Positions 39,811-49,628 are shown, counted from the stretch's first letter. The stretch: DNA of 64,000 nucleotides from an uncultured delta proteobacterium (GCA_963769935.1 CAVYNY010000011.1:64001-128000), one strand, 5' to 3'. The notes: generated from the sequence alone by a model not told the origin. A program made the numbers and translations.

Positions 39811-42039
39811 ATGCGTATCAATACCAAGATAATGCTGCTGATTGCGACAGGTTTGGTCGTGACATCAATCGTGATTGGGGTGCTGGCCGTGGAGCAGCTG
39901 AATCGATCCGGCAAAATGGCTATAGGCCAGATCGAAGCATTGCGTCCCGAATATCTGAAAAGAATACAAGCGGATGGAAATAGCCAGCTGGAGCATTTCC
40001 GCGAGCAGCTCCTTTTGCGTAAAAAGGAATATCTCAAATCCCAGGTACAGACAACCATCGGTGTTCTCGAAAAAGCCTATCAGGACGCCCATAATCCTGA
40101 AAAGCTAATGGCGGTTTACAGGGATCAGCTGCTTAATGCCGTCAATACCGCCTACAGTGTTCTTGTCGCTTTTGAAAAGGATACAAATCTGAGCCTGGAG
40201 GAAAAACAGCAAAAAGCAGCTAATATGATAAAAAATTTGCGGTACGGTCCGGAAAACAAGGACTATTTCTGGATCAACGATATGCATCCCAGGATGATTA
40301 TGCATCCCTACAAGCCCGAATTGGACGGTCAGGATCTCTCAGAGAACAAAGATCCCAACGGCAAGAAGCTGTTTGTCGAATTTGCGAATGTCTGCCGGGA
40401 AAAAGGCGAAGGTTTTGTGGATTATTACTGGCCCAAATACGGAGCCGACAAGCCGCAGCCCAAATTGTCCTATGTAAAACTGTTCAAGCCTTGGAACTGG
40501 ATTATCGGGTCCGGTGTTTACATGGAAGTGGCCGAGGCCAAGTTGAAAGCCGATTCGGCCGCCATTATTGAAAATCTACGATATGGTCCGGAAATGAAAG
40601 ATTATTTCTGGATTAACGACATGCATCCCACCATGATCATGCACCCTTACAAGCCCGAGCTCAACGGCAAGGATCTTTCAGAGAACCAAGATCCCAACGG
40701 CAAGAAGCTGTTTGTTGAGTTCGTGAATGTCTGCCGGGAAAACGGCGAAGGGTTTGTGGATTACTACTGGCCCAAATACGGCTCTGACAAACCGCAGCCC
40801 AAGTTATCCTTCGTCAAGCTTTTTAAAAAGTGGAACTGGGTGATCGGTACCGGCCTGTATGTCGACGATATCGACACCCTGGTCGAGGCGCGCAAAGCAA
40901 AAATACAAGAAAGCATCAATGAAGCCAGCGCTGAAACGACCAATCAGATTGCAACCATCGAGCGGGCTATCAAAAACAATATTAAGCGGGTCGTGATGAT
41001 AATCGGTTTGAGCACAATCATTGTATTGGCCTTAATCTTAACGGTATCTTATTTCTTTACCCAGCGCAGCATCGCCAGCCCCGTAAGACGCATTATCGAC
41101 CGGTTGAACGACGGCGCCGAACAGGTGGCTGCGGCATCCGGCCAAATAACCTCATCCAGCCAATCCCTGGCAGAAGGCGCGTCGCAGCAGGCGGCCTCCA
41201 TAGAGGAAAGCTCCGCCTCGTTAGAGGAAATGGCGTCGATGACCAAGCAGAATGCCGACAATGCCGGCCAGGCCGACCAGCTGATGCAGCAGGCTGGAAA
41301 AGTGGTGAATCAGGCCAATGAATCCATGGCGGATCTGACGGCTTCCATGGAGGACATAACCCGGTCCAGTTTGGAGACATCGAAAATAATAAAAACCATC
41401 GATGAGATTGCGTTTCAGACCAATCTTCTGGCCTTGAATGCAGCTGTTGAAGCGGCGCGTGCGGGAGAGGCCGGTGCCGGGTTTGCGGTGGTGGCGGATG
41501 AAGTCAGAAACCTTGCCCTGCGGGCCGCAGATGCAGCCAAAAACACCGCCGGCCTGATCGACGATACCACCCTGAAAGTGAAAACCGGTTCGGATCTGGT
41601 ATCCGCTACCAATAGCGCCTTTGTCCAGGTAACTGAAAGTGCATCCAAGGTCGCTGAACTGGTAGCCGAAATCGCGGCGGCCTCCGATGAGCAGGCCCGG
41701 GGTATAGAACAGATCGGAACGGCCGTGACCGAAATGGATAAGGTAACCCAGCAAAATGCCGCCAATGCCGAGGAGTCGGCTTCCGCCTCGGAACAGATGC
41801 ATTCCCAGGCTGAAGACATAAAAGAAATGGTAACCGAGCTGATGGCTCTGGTTGGCGGATCATCGGGCCGGAATAACAAAGCGCCAGCTTCGTATATGCC
41901 TGCCGCCGTCGCTGAAATGAAGCGGAAGCTTAAGGCGCCCAATTTGAGCACCAGCCATGATAAGGCGGTACGGCGCGCGCAACATAAACCCAGAGGGGAG
42001 CAGGTCCTTCCGCTGGAGGATGATTTCAAAGACTTTTAA
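39811..42039 (+). CDS. Methyl-accepting chemotaxis protein with two tandem Cache domains
   Basis: Two TM helices; duplicated YFWIND.HP.MIMHP...YYWPK...[39 protein letters not shown]-terminal DFKDF. Confidence 0.96.
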   Translation: MRINTKIMLLIATGLVVTSIVIGVLAVEQLNRSGKMAIGQIEALRPEYLKRIQADGNSQLEHFREQLLLRKKEYLKSQVQTTIGVLEKAYQDAHNPEKLMAVYRDQLLNAVNTAYSVLVAFEKDTNLSLEEKQQKAANMIKNLRYGPENKDYFWINDMHPRMIMHPYKPELDGQDLSENKDPNGKKLFVEFANVCREKGEGFVDYYWPKYGADKPQPKLSYVKLFKPWNWIIGSGVYMEVAEAKLKADSAAIIENLRYGPEMKDYFWINDMHPTMIMHPYKPELNGKDLSENQDPNGKKLFVEFVNVCRENGEGFVDYYWPKYGSDKPQPKLSFVKLFKKWNWVIGTGLYVDDIDTLVEARKAKIQESINEASAETTNQIATIERAIKNNIKRVVMIIGLSTIIVLALILTVSYFFTQRSIASPVRRIIDRLNDGAEQVAAASGQITSSSQSLAEGASQQAASIEESSASLEEMASMTKQNADNAGQADQLMQQAGKVVNQANESMADLTASMEDITRSSLETSKIIKTIDEIAFQTNLLALNAAVEAARAGEAGAGFAVVADEVRNLALRAADAAKNTAGLIDDTTLKVKTGSDLVSATNSAFVQVTESASKVAELVAEIAAASDEQARGIEQIGTAVTEMDKVTQQNAANAEESASASEQMHSQAEDIKEMVTELMALVGGSSGRNNKAPASYMPAAVAEMKRKLKAPNLSTSHDKAVRRAQHKPRGEQVLPLEDDFKDF

Positions 42040-42538
42040 AGTTTCGTAAACAGTCGGAAGTGCAACTTTTTACGAGAGTGTTTAGTATTTGGTGTTTAGT
42101 GTTTATCGATCTAATGACTCGATATGTAGGCAAAATTGCATGCCGAACACCGAACACAAAAAACATGATCAATTCGAATTTTTACGAACGCATCAAATTT
42201 GATTATTCCCGCAATTTATGATTCTTCTGTCAGTTTTAGAAGGCTTTTCATTGGGGGCCGTCTCTTGACACTATCCCCAAAAAATACTATTCCATAGCCG
42301 AACCTTCTGTTAACTCCAAAAACATTTGGAGATTGCAATGAACCTCAAAGTCTGCCTTTTTTAATCCTGATGGAATGGGGTAATCCATCGGTATTTTTTT
42401 GCTATAAAGCACATCCAATCGCTGTTCTCATCCACTATCAATTCAAATCTTCCGGTCAGAAGCTGTGGGTAATCAAATTGGTCTCAAGGTAGTCCGCGCA
42501 GCAAGGTCGGATAAACTGCCATATAGGAGGCGCAAATC

Positions 42539-43507
42539 ATGACAGCCATAAGAGAAACCGGAAAAATAAACGAGACGACATATCTAATAGATATCGGTAT
42601 GATGGGTGTTGCGGGTGTAACGGCGGTTTATTTCATTGCAGACGACAAAAAGTGCCTTATCGACGGCGGCACAAAAAGCGAAGCATTTCGAATAATTAAT
42701 TTCCTGAAAGCGCAAAATGCCTTTCCGCCGGACATCATCATTGTTACCCATTCACATTGGGACCATACCCAGGGAATTCCCCTTATTCGCAAGGAGGCAG
42801 CAAAGCTGGGTAAAACAGTCGAGGTAGTAGCTTCGGAAAAGGCGATTCCGCTATTAGCGGATCAATCTTATAATGCTGCCTTCGAATCCGGACATTATGC
42901 TAATATAACTGATGTGACCCCGGTTAAAGAAGGCGATTGCATAGAAATCGGTAAAACCACTTTGCGGATCTATGAGGTTCCCGGGCATCACAAAGATCAT
43001 ATTGCAATCTACGATGAAAAAAACAGAAATATCTTCACCGGGGATTCTCTCGGCTACAAAGTCGGAGATAAGACCTTCCTGCCACCCTTTATGCCGCCCT
43101 TCTGGAATAGGGAATCGTTCTTATCTACTATTGAGAAATACAAACAGATCAATTTTGACAGTCTGTGCCAGGCCCATTTTGGATTCATTTATGGCGATGA
43201 AGCCAGGGATATTCTCGATGAGGCGGTTTCAATCTATGAGAAGTGGTGGCGGCTGTTTGAAGAAAATGCTGACAATCTGGATGATACGGATCACATGCTG
43301 GAAGTGATTCTCAAAGAAATAAACCCTGCTCCGATTTATCCCGACATAGTTTCGCTCAAGTTAAAAATCCTGGCCGGGGTGATGACAGCCGGAGCTAAAC
43401 TTATCGGCAAGCAGCCAAAGCCGCTCTACCAGCATCTATTGAAGGGAATTGTCGCCTGGTTGGCAAAAGGATATAAAATGTCCGAAGATCAAAATCTTGT
43501 TCGATGA
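42539..43507 (+). CDS. Metallo-beta-lactamase fold hydrolase
   Basis: LIDGG, THSHWDH, PGH..DH, TGD, AHFG. Confidence 0.9.
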   Translation: MTAIRETGKINETTYLIDIGMMGVAGVTAVYFIADDKKCLIDGGTKSEAFRIINFLKAQNAFPPDIIIVTHSHWDHTQGIPLIRKEAAKLGKTVEVVASEKAIPLLADQSYNAAFESGHYANITDVTPVKEGDCIEIGKTTLRIYEVPGHHKDHIAIYDEKNRNIFTGDSLGYKVGDKTFLPPFMPPFWNRESFLSTIEKYKQINFDSLCQAHFGFIYGDEARDILDEAVSIYEKWWRLFEENADNLDDTDHMLEVILKEINPAPIYPDIVSLKLKILAGVMTAGAKLIGKQPKPLYQHLLKGIVAWLAKGYKMSEDQNLVR

Positions 43508-43765
43508 AAAACGTTCCAATTGGATTTTAAATTATCATTTGACCAACCAGCGCATGCTTGATACGGTAATTAAGGCGTGAGTTTTTCAAATTGCACCGGG
43601 GCCATGTGCTTCAGGTTGGGATCACGCCACCTCAGCAAATTTACCCGTCCTGAACCATTCTAAAGGATCGAAGTGGCTGGGGTCCACGCCTCAAACAATG
43701 ACCGCAACCTCTTAAAATTATAAAGTATATAATCAATAACGCAGGGCATATGGCCTGACCATTTA

Positions 43766-43800
43766 GACCCCGGTTCTTTATTGGAGCTGGGGTTTTTTTT
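43766..43800 (+). terminator. Rho-independent terminator
   Basis: ACCCCGGTTC-loop-GAGCTGGGGT followed by a T run. Confidence 0.75.
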
Positions 43801-44076
43801 GACCCTCGGAGGCCATGATAGCCCCTATCGTGACAACATTTTATATACCATCAGTATATCGCAATATATTAAGGAGTTACTTAATGGCAGATATGGGCAA
43901 GCTGTAATTTGAAGACAGCACATTTTGCAATCTTCCTGTATATCATTACAGGCTATAGGATAAACAGGTCTCTATAATCATTCATTGTGAGGATATAGTT
44001 AATTTAGGTAGTAATTATGCGGTTATCAGAGAAAACAATTGAATTAAGCTTTTGTTCACAATATGGCCGAGCCTGT

Positions 44077-44660
44077 ATTATAGTTCGCGGAATTGAACGC
44101 CGGAAATTCTTCTGGGACGATGAAGATCGTAATTCCTTTGTAAAGCGACTGGGACAGGTTCTGATTGAGACGCAAACCGATTGTTTTGCCTGGGCATTGA
44201 TCCCCCCGCCCACCTGTTGCTGCGTACAAACCTTACGCCAATCAGCGTGGTCATGAGAAGGCTTTTGACAGGATATGCTGTAGAATTTAACCTGCGGCAC
44301 CGCCGTCATGGCCATCTTTTTCTCTCCGAGGCGTGGGCTCTACGAGCCGGAGGCAGAATCGCTACCCCAGTTAAATGGGTCCTGATATCAATAACATCCG
44401 GAATAAAACCTTTTTGAGTTTGGAGCCGGAAATCGTAACGCGCCGGGGTCGATACCCGGATACGGTGGAAGCACGCAGCGTGTTATGATACTGGGCAGCT
44501 CGGGAACTTGGCATCAGCACCTTGGAGCTTTCCAAAAGGCTTGGCATTTCGCAACTTACGGCCAGCCAGTCGGTAAAACGGGGCGAATAGATTGTAAAAG
44601 AAAAGGGACTTAAGCTAATCAGGTAATTTATTCCAATATATCAATATCCGTCCCTAATTA
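44077..44660 (+). pseudogene. Degraded REP-associated tyrosine transposase (RAYT, IS200-like) with C-terminal helical domain
   Basis: IIVRGIERR..F.DDEDR..F, CFAWALIP/AHLLLRT, MRRLLTGYA..FN.RH.R.GHLF|QNRY; frameshifts, central deletion and stops in EARSVL*YWAARELG. Confidence 0.85.
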
Positions 44661-44757
44661 CACATATAATATCTGATTAGCCTAATGGGCAGCAAAGTTA
44701 TGCCCCAAACGGGGTGTCGCCTGTTTGGTTAGCCGTTGGCGAAGGCTGATGGCTACT

Positions 44758-44831
44758 GAGGAACCGTATGAGGGGGTCCTTCACGTAGGGGTCTGTGGGG
44801 AGGGCGCCGGGTAACCGGTGCCTTTACCCGG
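44758..44831 (+). mobile_element. Degenerate group II intron 3' end (domains V-VI), no RT ORF
   Basis: GAACCGTATGAGGGGGTCCTTCACGTAGGGGTCTG resembles DV (GAGCCGTATG...CACGTACGGTTC); followed by GGGGAGGGCGCCGGGTAACCGGTGCCTTTACCC, a DVI-like hairpin with a bulged A. Confidence 0.75.
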
Positions 44832-44920
44832 AAGCAGACGGCGTGAAAATCGCGGTTTATCGTAAAGAGCGTACAAAATTGGTCTGAATTTGGGCCGCTG
44901 TTCACCGAAGGTCGTTCGGC
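44832..44920 (+). mobile_element. 5'-truncated attC-like site
   Basis: Ends in GTTCGGC (44914-44920), complementary to GCCGAAC after the cassette; left end replaced by the intron relic. Confidence 0.55.
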
Positions 44921-44933
44921 TTAAACTTGGATC

Positions 44934-44961
44934 TTGACATTTTCATAATTATAAGTACAAT
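44934..44961 (+). promoter_or_regulatory. Sigma70 promoter of the TA cassette (probably leaderless mRNA)
   Basis: TTGACA-N16-TACAAT ending 6 nt before ATG 44968. Confidence 0.65.
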
Positions 44962-44967
44962 GTACAT

Positions 44968-45261
44968 ATGACTGAATTGCGATTTGAATGGGATAAACGG
45001 AAGGAAAAGGCTAATGAAAAAAAACATGGCATTTCTTTCGATGAAGCACGTACGGTTTTTTACGACGAGAATGCAATTCAATTTTTTGACCCAGACCATT
45101 CTGATGATGAAGACCGTTTCATTCTACTTGGAATAAGTTTTAAATTAAGGGTTCTCGTCGTCTGCCACTGTTTTCGGGAAAGTGATACAATTATTAGAAT
45201 TATATCTGCCAGAAAAGCTGATGGCGATGAAGAAAATGAATATTGGGAGTACAGAAAATGA
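44968..45261 (+). CDS. brnT: BrnT family toxin (type II TA)
   Basis: FEWD..K...N..KHGISF.EA..VF.D, E.RF..LG, IRIISARKA. Confidence 0.93.
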   Translation: MTELRFEWDKRKEKANEKKHGISFDEARTVFYDENAIQFFDPDHSDDEDRFILLGISFKLRVLVVCHCFRESDTIIRIISARKADGDEENEYWEYRK

Positions 45262-45503
45262 GAGACCATTACGATTTTTCCAAAATGAAGGGGCGCAAAA
45301 ATCCTTATATAAAAAATTTAAAACAACCGGTTACTATGCGTCTGGACCGTGATACTGTTTCGTATTTCAAATCCATGTCTGAGGAAACCGGTATTCCTTA
45401 CCAAACCCTTATCAATCTTTATCTTCGTGACTGCGCCGTTACCCAACGGAAACTAAACATGAATTGGCATACTGAAAATGCCGAACAAGGCGCTTCAAAT
45501 TGA
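45258..45503 (+). CDS. brnA: BrnA family antitoxin (RHH)
   Basis: YDFS, VTMRLD..TV.YFK, GIPYQTLIN..L; ATGA overlap with brnT. Confidence 0.9.
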   Translation: MRDHYDFSKMKGRKNPYIKNLKQPVTMRLDRDTVSYFKSMSEETGIPYQTLINLYLRDCAVTQRKLNMNWHTENAEQGASN

Positions 45504-45615
45504 CCGGAAGGGCCGCACGGCTTTTGCTGTTAAAGCCATTTTTTTCAAGTTCAGCATTTCGGTTGTTTCTGCTATTACCAAGGATCCCTTCCGGTAAGTG
45601 AGCTTTTCGTTCCGC
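45480..45615 (+). mobile_element. attC-like integron cassette recombination site
   Basis: R'' GCCGAAC ... TCAAATTGACCGGAAGGG / CCCTTCCGGTAAGTGA ... R' GTTCCGC, with extrahelical bases. Confidence 0.75.
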
Positions 45616-45722
45616 AGGCGCGCAGCGCCGCTTCGCGGCAGACTGCTGCACGCCTGCGGAATGCCCGAGTTGCCGGTGCCCGGCCGCCCGTCTGGCTCCT
45701 TGGCGCTACGCGCCTGCGGAAC
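45609..45722 (+). mobile_element. ORF-less cassette bounded by a 21-bp inverted repeat
   Basis: GTTCCGCAGGCGCGCAGCGCC ... GGCGCTACGCGCCTGCGGAAC (one mismatch). Confidence 0.6.
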
Positions 45723-45759
45723 CAAATGTTCGACCGGCAAATTTTCCCGAATAACCAGG

Positions 45760-46092
45760 CAACTTCGTTACCGTTGTGCAGGCCACAGTACATTAATGGA
45801 CAAATGGCCCAATGAATGGCAAAACACGGAATACATTTTATCTCTGTTTGGTGTCAAGACCTCGGTAGCGCGTCGCTCATACAGCAAATTTGTACGGTGA
45901 AAGCACGCAGCGTGTTATGATACTGGGCAGCTCGGGAACTTGGCATCAGCACCTTGGAGCTTTCCAAAAGGCTTGGCATTTCACAACCTACGTCCAGCCA
46001 GTCGGTAAAACGGGGCGAAATGATTGTATAAGAAAAGAGACTTAAGCTGATCGGGCAACTTATCCCAATATTTCAATACCCGTCCCAAATTA
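45760..46092 (+). pseudogene. Second RAYT remnant (middle plus C-terminal part)
   Basis: GHS.LM...WQNTEYILSLFG...ARRSY..FV, then a ~200-bp direct repeat of 44461-44660. Confidence 0.8.
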
Positions 46093-46247
46093 CTCCCTGA
46101 AATGAAAATCCCGAAAATAATATAAGATTTGACAGGAAATATAATTGTGTCATTGAATCAAATCCTTGTGAAGTTATTGAGCTTATTGCCTTTCAACATC
46201 AGGTTCTAATTAATCATTTAACGACATCTGCGGGATGGAGGTGCAAA

Positions 46248-47588
46248 ATGCAAGGGGCAAAATTCCAAGAAAAAAGCTACTGGATGACTACACGAAATTA
46301 TTCTCCCGGCGAACCGCTGCAAGAAGACATCGATGTCGATGTGGCGATCGTGGGCGGCGGTTTTACGGGACTGTCTTCCGCCTACCACATTAAAAAGGCC
46401 GAACCGAATCTGAGAATCGCGCTGCTGGAAAACCAGATCATCGGTTTTGGGGCCAGCGGCCGCAACGGCGGATTCAACATGACGCTGTTCGGTCTGACAC
46501 TGAGCATTACGGCTCTTCGATTCGGCAAGCAAAAAGCCAGGGAAGCCCATCATTATATGGAGCGCGCGGTGGACTATCTGAAGGAACTGATATCCGAATT
46601 GAAGATCGACTGCGATTATGAGCATCCTGGTTTTTTGCGGGTGGCTACCTCTGAAAAATATAAAAAACGAATCCTGCATGAAATCAAGCTGGCCCATGAA
46701 CTGGGCCTGGAGGGCATTGAGTGGCTCGAAAAAGATAAGGCCCGGGAGCAGGTGCAAAGCTCCATGTATCTGGGTGCCTGGTGGGAGCCCCGCTGCGGCA
46801 TTCTCAACCCGGCCAAGCTGGCCTGGGGCTGGGTTGACGTTATCCGGCCCCTGGGCGTTGGAATATATGAAAACAGCCCGGTGGTGCAGATTGCCAGAGA
46901 AAACGGTAAAGTGCGACTCGATACACCCAATGGCAGCGTGCGTGCCGATAAGGTTGTGATGGCAACCAACGCCTGGTCTCATTTATTTAAAGAACTCAAG
47001 CGAAAACAGGTTCCGGCATGGACTCACATTGTGATGACCGAACCCTTAAAAGAAGCGCACTTTCAGGAAATCGGGTGGCAGAATCGGCAGGGCATCGAAG
47101 ATGCACGCAACCTGGTTCATTACTATCGGCTGACAATTGACAACCAGCTCGTGATGGGCGGACGCGACGTCTCGGTGAGCTACGGAACCGACATGGATAA
47201 AGATCTGAACCCGGTCACCTTTGAAGGATTGAAAAATGATGTGCGTGAACTTTTCCCCGTATTAAAGGACATAAAATTTACCCATGAATGGGGCGGACCG
47301 GTCTCCGTGCCGTTGGACATGGCGCCGGCCATCGGATACGCCGGGGATAAAAATGTCGTCTACAGCCTGGGGACCGTGGGTCATGGGGTCAGCATGACCC
47401 AGTTGAACGGGCGAACCGTGGCGGATTTGATTCTGGAACGTCAAACAGATTTGACCGATGTGTTTTTCGTTAACCGTCGAACCATTCCCTGGCCGCCGGA
47501 GCCGTTGCGCAACCTGGCCATTAAGGCGATTCTCGGCTACATGCACTGGGAGGATCGAAACTACGACCCTCCCCAAGTAAATCTTTAA
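46248..47588 (+). CDS. FAD-dependent oxidoreductase (DAO family, PuuB-like)
   Basis: [41 protein letters not shown]. Confidence 0.9.
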   Translation: MQGAKFQEKSYWMTTRNYSPGEPLQEDIDVDVAIVGGGFTGLSSAYHIKKAEPNLRIALLENQIIGFGASGRNGGFNMTLFGLTLSITALRFGKQKAREAHHYMERAVDYLKELISELKIDCDYEHPGFLRVATSEKYKKRILHEIKLAHELGLEGIEWLEKDKAREQVQSSMYLGAWWEPRCGILNPAKLAWGWVDVIRPLGVGIYENSPVVQIARENGKVRLDTPNGSVRADKVVMATNAWSHLFKELKRKQVPAWTHIVMTEPLKEAHFQEIGWQNRQGIEDARNLVHYYRLTIDNQLVMGGRDVSVSYGTDMDKDLNPVTFEGLKNDVRELFPVLKDIKFTHEWGGPVSVPLDMAPAIGYAGDKNVVYSLGTVGHGVSMTQLNGRTVADLILERQTDLTDVFFVNRRTIPWPPEPLRNLAIKAILGYMHWEDRNYDPPQVNL

Positions 47589-47670
47589 TCGGTTTTTCTC
47601 TCTTCGACCAGGCTTGAAAGAAGACTTTTGCGATGGTAACAAATAACTGAGGGGACGGGGTGCTATTTTT

Positions 47671-47744
47671 GTCATGCCCGCGCAGGCGGGCATCCAGTCT
47701 ACTCGGCACTTCATTTTCTGGATTCCTGCCTTCGCAGGAAAGAC
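47671..47744. repeat. Inverted pair of REP-like palindromes (REPIN/BIME-like)
   Basis: GTCATGCCCGCGCAGGCGGGCATCCAG ... CTGGATTCCTGCCTTCGCAGGAAAGAC. Confidence 0.75.
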
Positions 47745-47853
47745 GGACAAGTTCATGATATACTCCCCGAGTGCTCAAACAACTAATAACCAATAACCTT
47801 TAACAAATTACTCCCATTGCGTCCTGGCACAATGGGGTTTTGGGGGGCGCAAA

Positions 47854-48240
47854 ATGAAAGACGCGATCGTCTTTGGTGACCGGATGATGCCGATAACGCT
47901 GCCCGATGATGTCCGGCTTGCTCCGCCGGGACTATCTACGACCCTCCCGGCGGCGGAGAATATCGAGGAAGCCATCCGCAGCGCGCTGCTGGAACCGTTG
48001 GGTCGGCCGCCGCTGCAGGCGCTGGTTAAATCCGATTACAGGGTGACCATTGCCTTTGATGACCCCAGCGTGCCCTGCTTTGCGCCAACGGCCTGCACCG
48101 CAAATTTACCCGTCGCGAGCCGGCCCAAATTCTTGGGGAAGACCTCGTCAATGAATTCAGATACCGCTTGATCTGCCACGATGCCGAGGATCGGGAAAAT
48201 TTGCGAACTGCTGATCAATGTTCGCATCGATTACGTTATT
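47854..48240 (+). pseudogene. Lactate racemase (LarA/DUF2088)-like N-terminal remnant
   Basis: AL.EPLG.PPL..LV....VTIAFDD.S.P; out-of-frame LHRK and HDAED fragments follow. Confidence 0.65.
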
Positions 48241-48282
48241 ATCAGCAATAATGAAATCCGTGAAGATCCGTGTCCCAAACTT

Positions 48283-49284
48283 TTAATCGGAATAGTGGGA
48301 AATTTTGGCCGGGTCTAGGATCTGGCTTTGGTAGTTGGCGGCCGAGTCTTTCGATTTCTCAGTGATTACCCGATCGTCCCGGGATATCTGGTAGCGTTCC
48401 AAATAGCCGCGATCCTGAAGCTCCTTCAGTCCGGCGCGCACTTTGTCCTTTAAGCGGCGGTTTTCCAGATCGTTTTCCAGGTTTACCGCCCGGGCCAGGC
48501 GCAGGATGTCGAGGCTGGATTCCCGCTCGTACTGGCCCTGGTAATATCGATAAAAGGCCTTGCTGACATCTGATTTGAGGCTGGATCTGAATTTTAAGTC
48601 AATATTGGTCACAAAGCTGGCGGCGTACATTTCCAGAAAGTAGGGGTTGATCACCACCCGGATGCTGCCGGTTTCCCGGTCGATATCGGCAAAACTCAAA
48701 ATTGATCCGGTCAACTCTTTTAAGTCTTTGCGTTTTTTGCCCTTGCCGGTGAAAAGTTCGAGATCGATGCGGGTTCCGGCCAGGCGCTGGATGCTTTTCC
48801 AGATGGCAGCATACGCGTTGGGGGTCGGCTGGACATCTGCCAGGAAACTTAATTCGTCCTGGTTGGTTTCAAAGGCATCGCTTTGAAATTTTGTCATCAA
48901 GGCCAGCAGCGCGAACAATATCGTCTCGTCAAAAATGATGAGAAGCTCGCCCACCACCCGCATTCTGCCCCAGGAATCTCCATCGCCGGAATCCAGACGG
49001 ACCAGGGGCCATTCTGCGGACTTCATCTTACCTTTGAAGTGAAACGGGGAGACCCGGGTCAACATGGTGGGCATGAAGCTGAAAAACCGCTGCACCGGCG
49101 GCTGCCGGCTGATGTGTTTTTTAACAAATTCGGAGGCATTCCGGATGATCTGTCGGCCGGCCAACCGATGGACGGCAGTTTCGATGGCAGCATCCGAGGA
49201 TGTTTTGGCTTCATAGAGTTTTTGTTCGTCGGTGACTTCTGGTTTGGCCGGGGTCTTCGTCGGGTCCTGCATGCGTTGCCTCAT
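48283..49284 (-). CDS. TrfA-like replication initiator / winged-helix protein
   Basis: MPT.LTRVSPF, G..L...DE..L.ALL, I..SI.RL....I, GSIL, INPYF..MY, I.L..R..L....SKA.Y pattern recognised by eye. Confidence 0.65.
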   Translation of the reverse strand: MRQRMQDPTKTPAKPEVTDEQKLYEAKTSSDAAIETAVHRLAGRQIIRNASEFVKKHISRQPPVQRFFSFMPTMLTRVSPFHFKGKMKSAEWPLVRLDSGDGDSWGRMRVVGELLIIFDETILFALLALMTKFQSDAFETNQDELSFLADVQPTPNAYAAIWKSIQRLAGTRIDLELFTGKGKKRKDLKELTGSILSFADIDRETGSIRVVINPYFLEMYAASFVTNIDLKFRSSLKSDVSKAFYRYYQGQYERESSLDILRLARAVNLENDLENRRLKDKVRAGLKELQDRGYLERYQISRDDRVITEKSKDSAANYQSQILDPAKISHYSD

Positions 49285-49331
49285 GTTTTTTTCTAAGTTG
49301 TGCTTCTGATTTCAACAGTCTCAAGTTAATT

Positions 49332-49510
49332 TTAAACTGAAACCAATCCCGGTACGAATTTGAAATGCTGATCCTTAGAATATAGCTTTAAGCCATGTTG
49401 CAAGGCAATGGCTGCGATCCAGACGTCATTTGTCGGTATGGGTTTCCCCTTTTTTCTCAATCCGGTTAGTATTTCGGCATAAAACTCTGCTGTATCTTCA
49501 TACGCATTTT
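49332..49510 (-). pseudogene. VapC/PIN toxin C-terminal fragment
   Basis: TAEFYAEI...LRKKGKPIPTNDVWIAA.A.QHG..L.S.D.HF; N-terminus and antitoxin absent. Confidence 0.8.
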
Positions 49511-49628
49511 CAAATTCGATGTCAAACAATTGAGTTGTAAAAGTATATTCGAATACTTATTTTACATCAAAATACAATCCAGCGGCCAACTTTGAGACAA
49601 ATCATTCCTATAAAAATGGAGATAAATT

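Noticed and set aside
42129..42146. Minus-strand sigma54 promoter
   Set aside because: GG-to-GC spacing is one base too long and no downstream gene fits.
43564..43746. Identification as 6S RNA or a lysine/cobalamin riboswitch
   Set aside because: Conserved motifs are not matched; kept only as an unassigned candidate.
44017..44417. Short ORFs 44017-44256 and 44181-44417 as independent genes
   Set aside because: They are frameshifted pieces of one RAYT pseudogene.
44486..44488. Selenocysteine read-through at the in-frame TGA of the RAYT tail
   Set aside because: The surrounding sequence has further stops and deletions, and no SECIS-like hairpin is evident.
9656..47000. Long antisense or alternate-frame ORFs (e.g. 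9656-10423, 14235-15065, 25536-26261, 31050-31733, 46218-46982)
   Set aside because: They overlap well-supported genes, lack motifs, and are expected from GC-rich codon usage.
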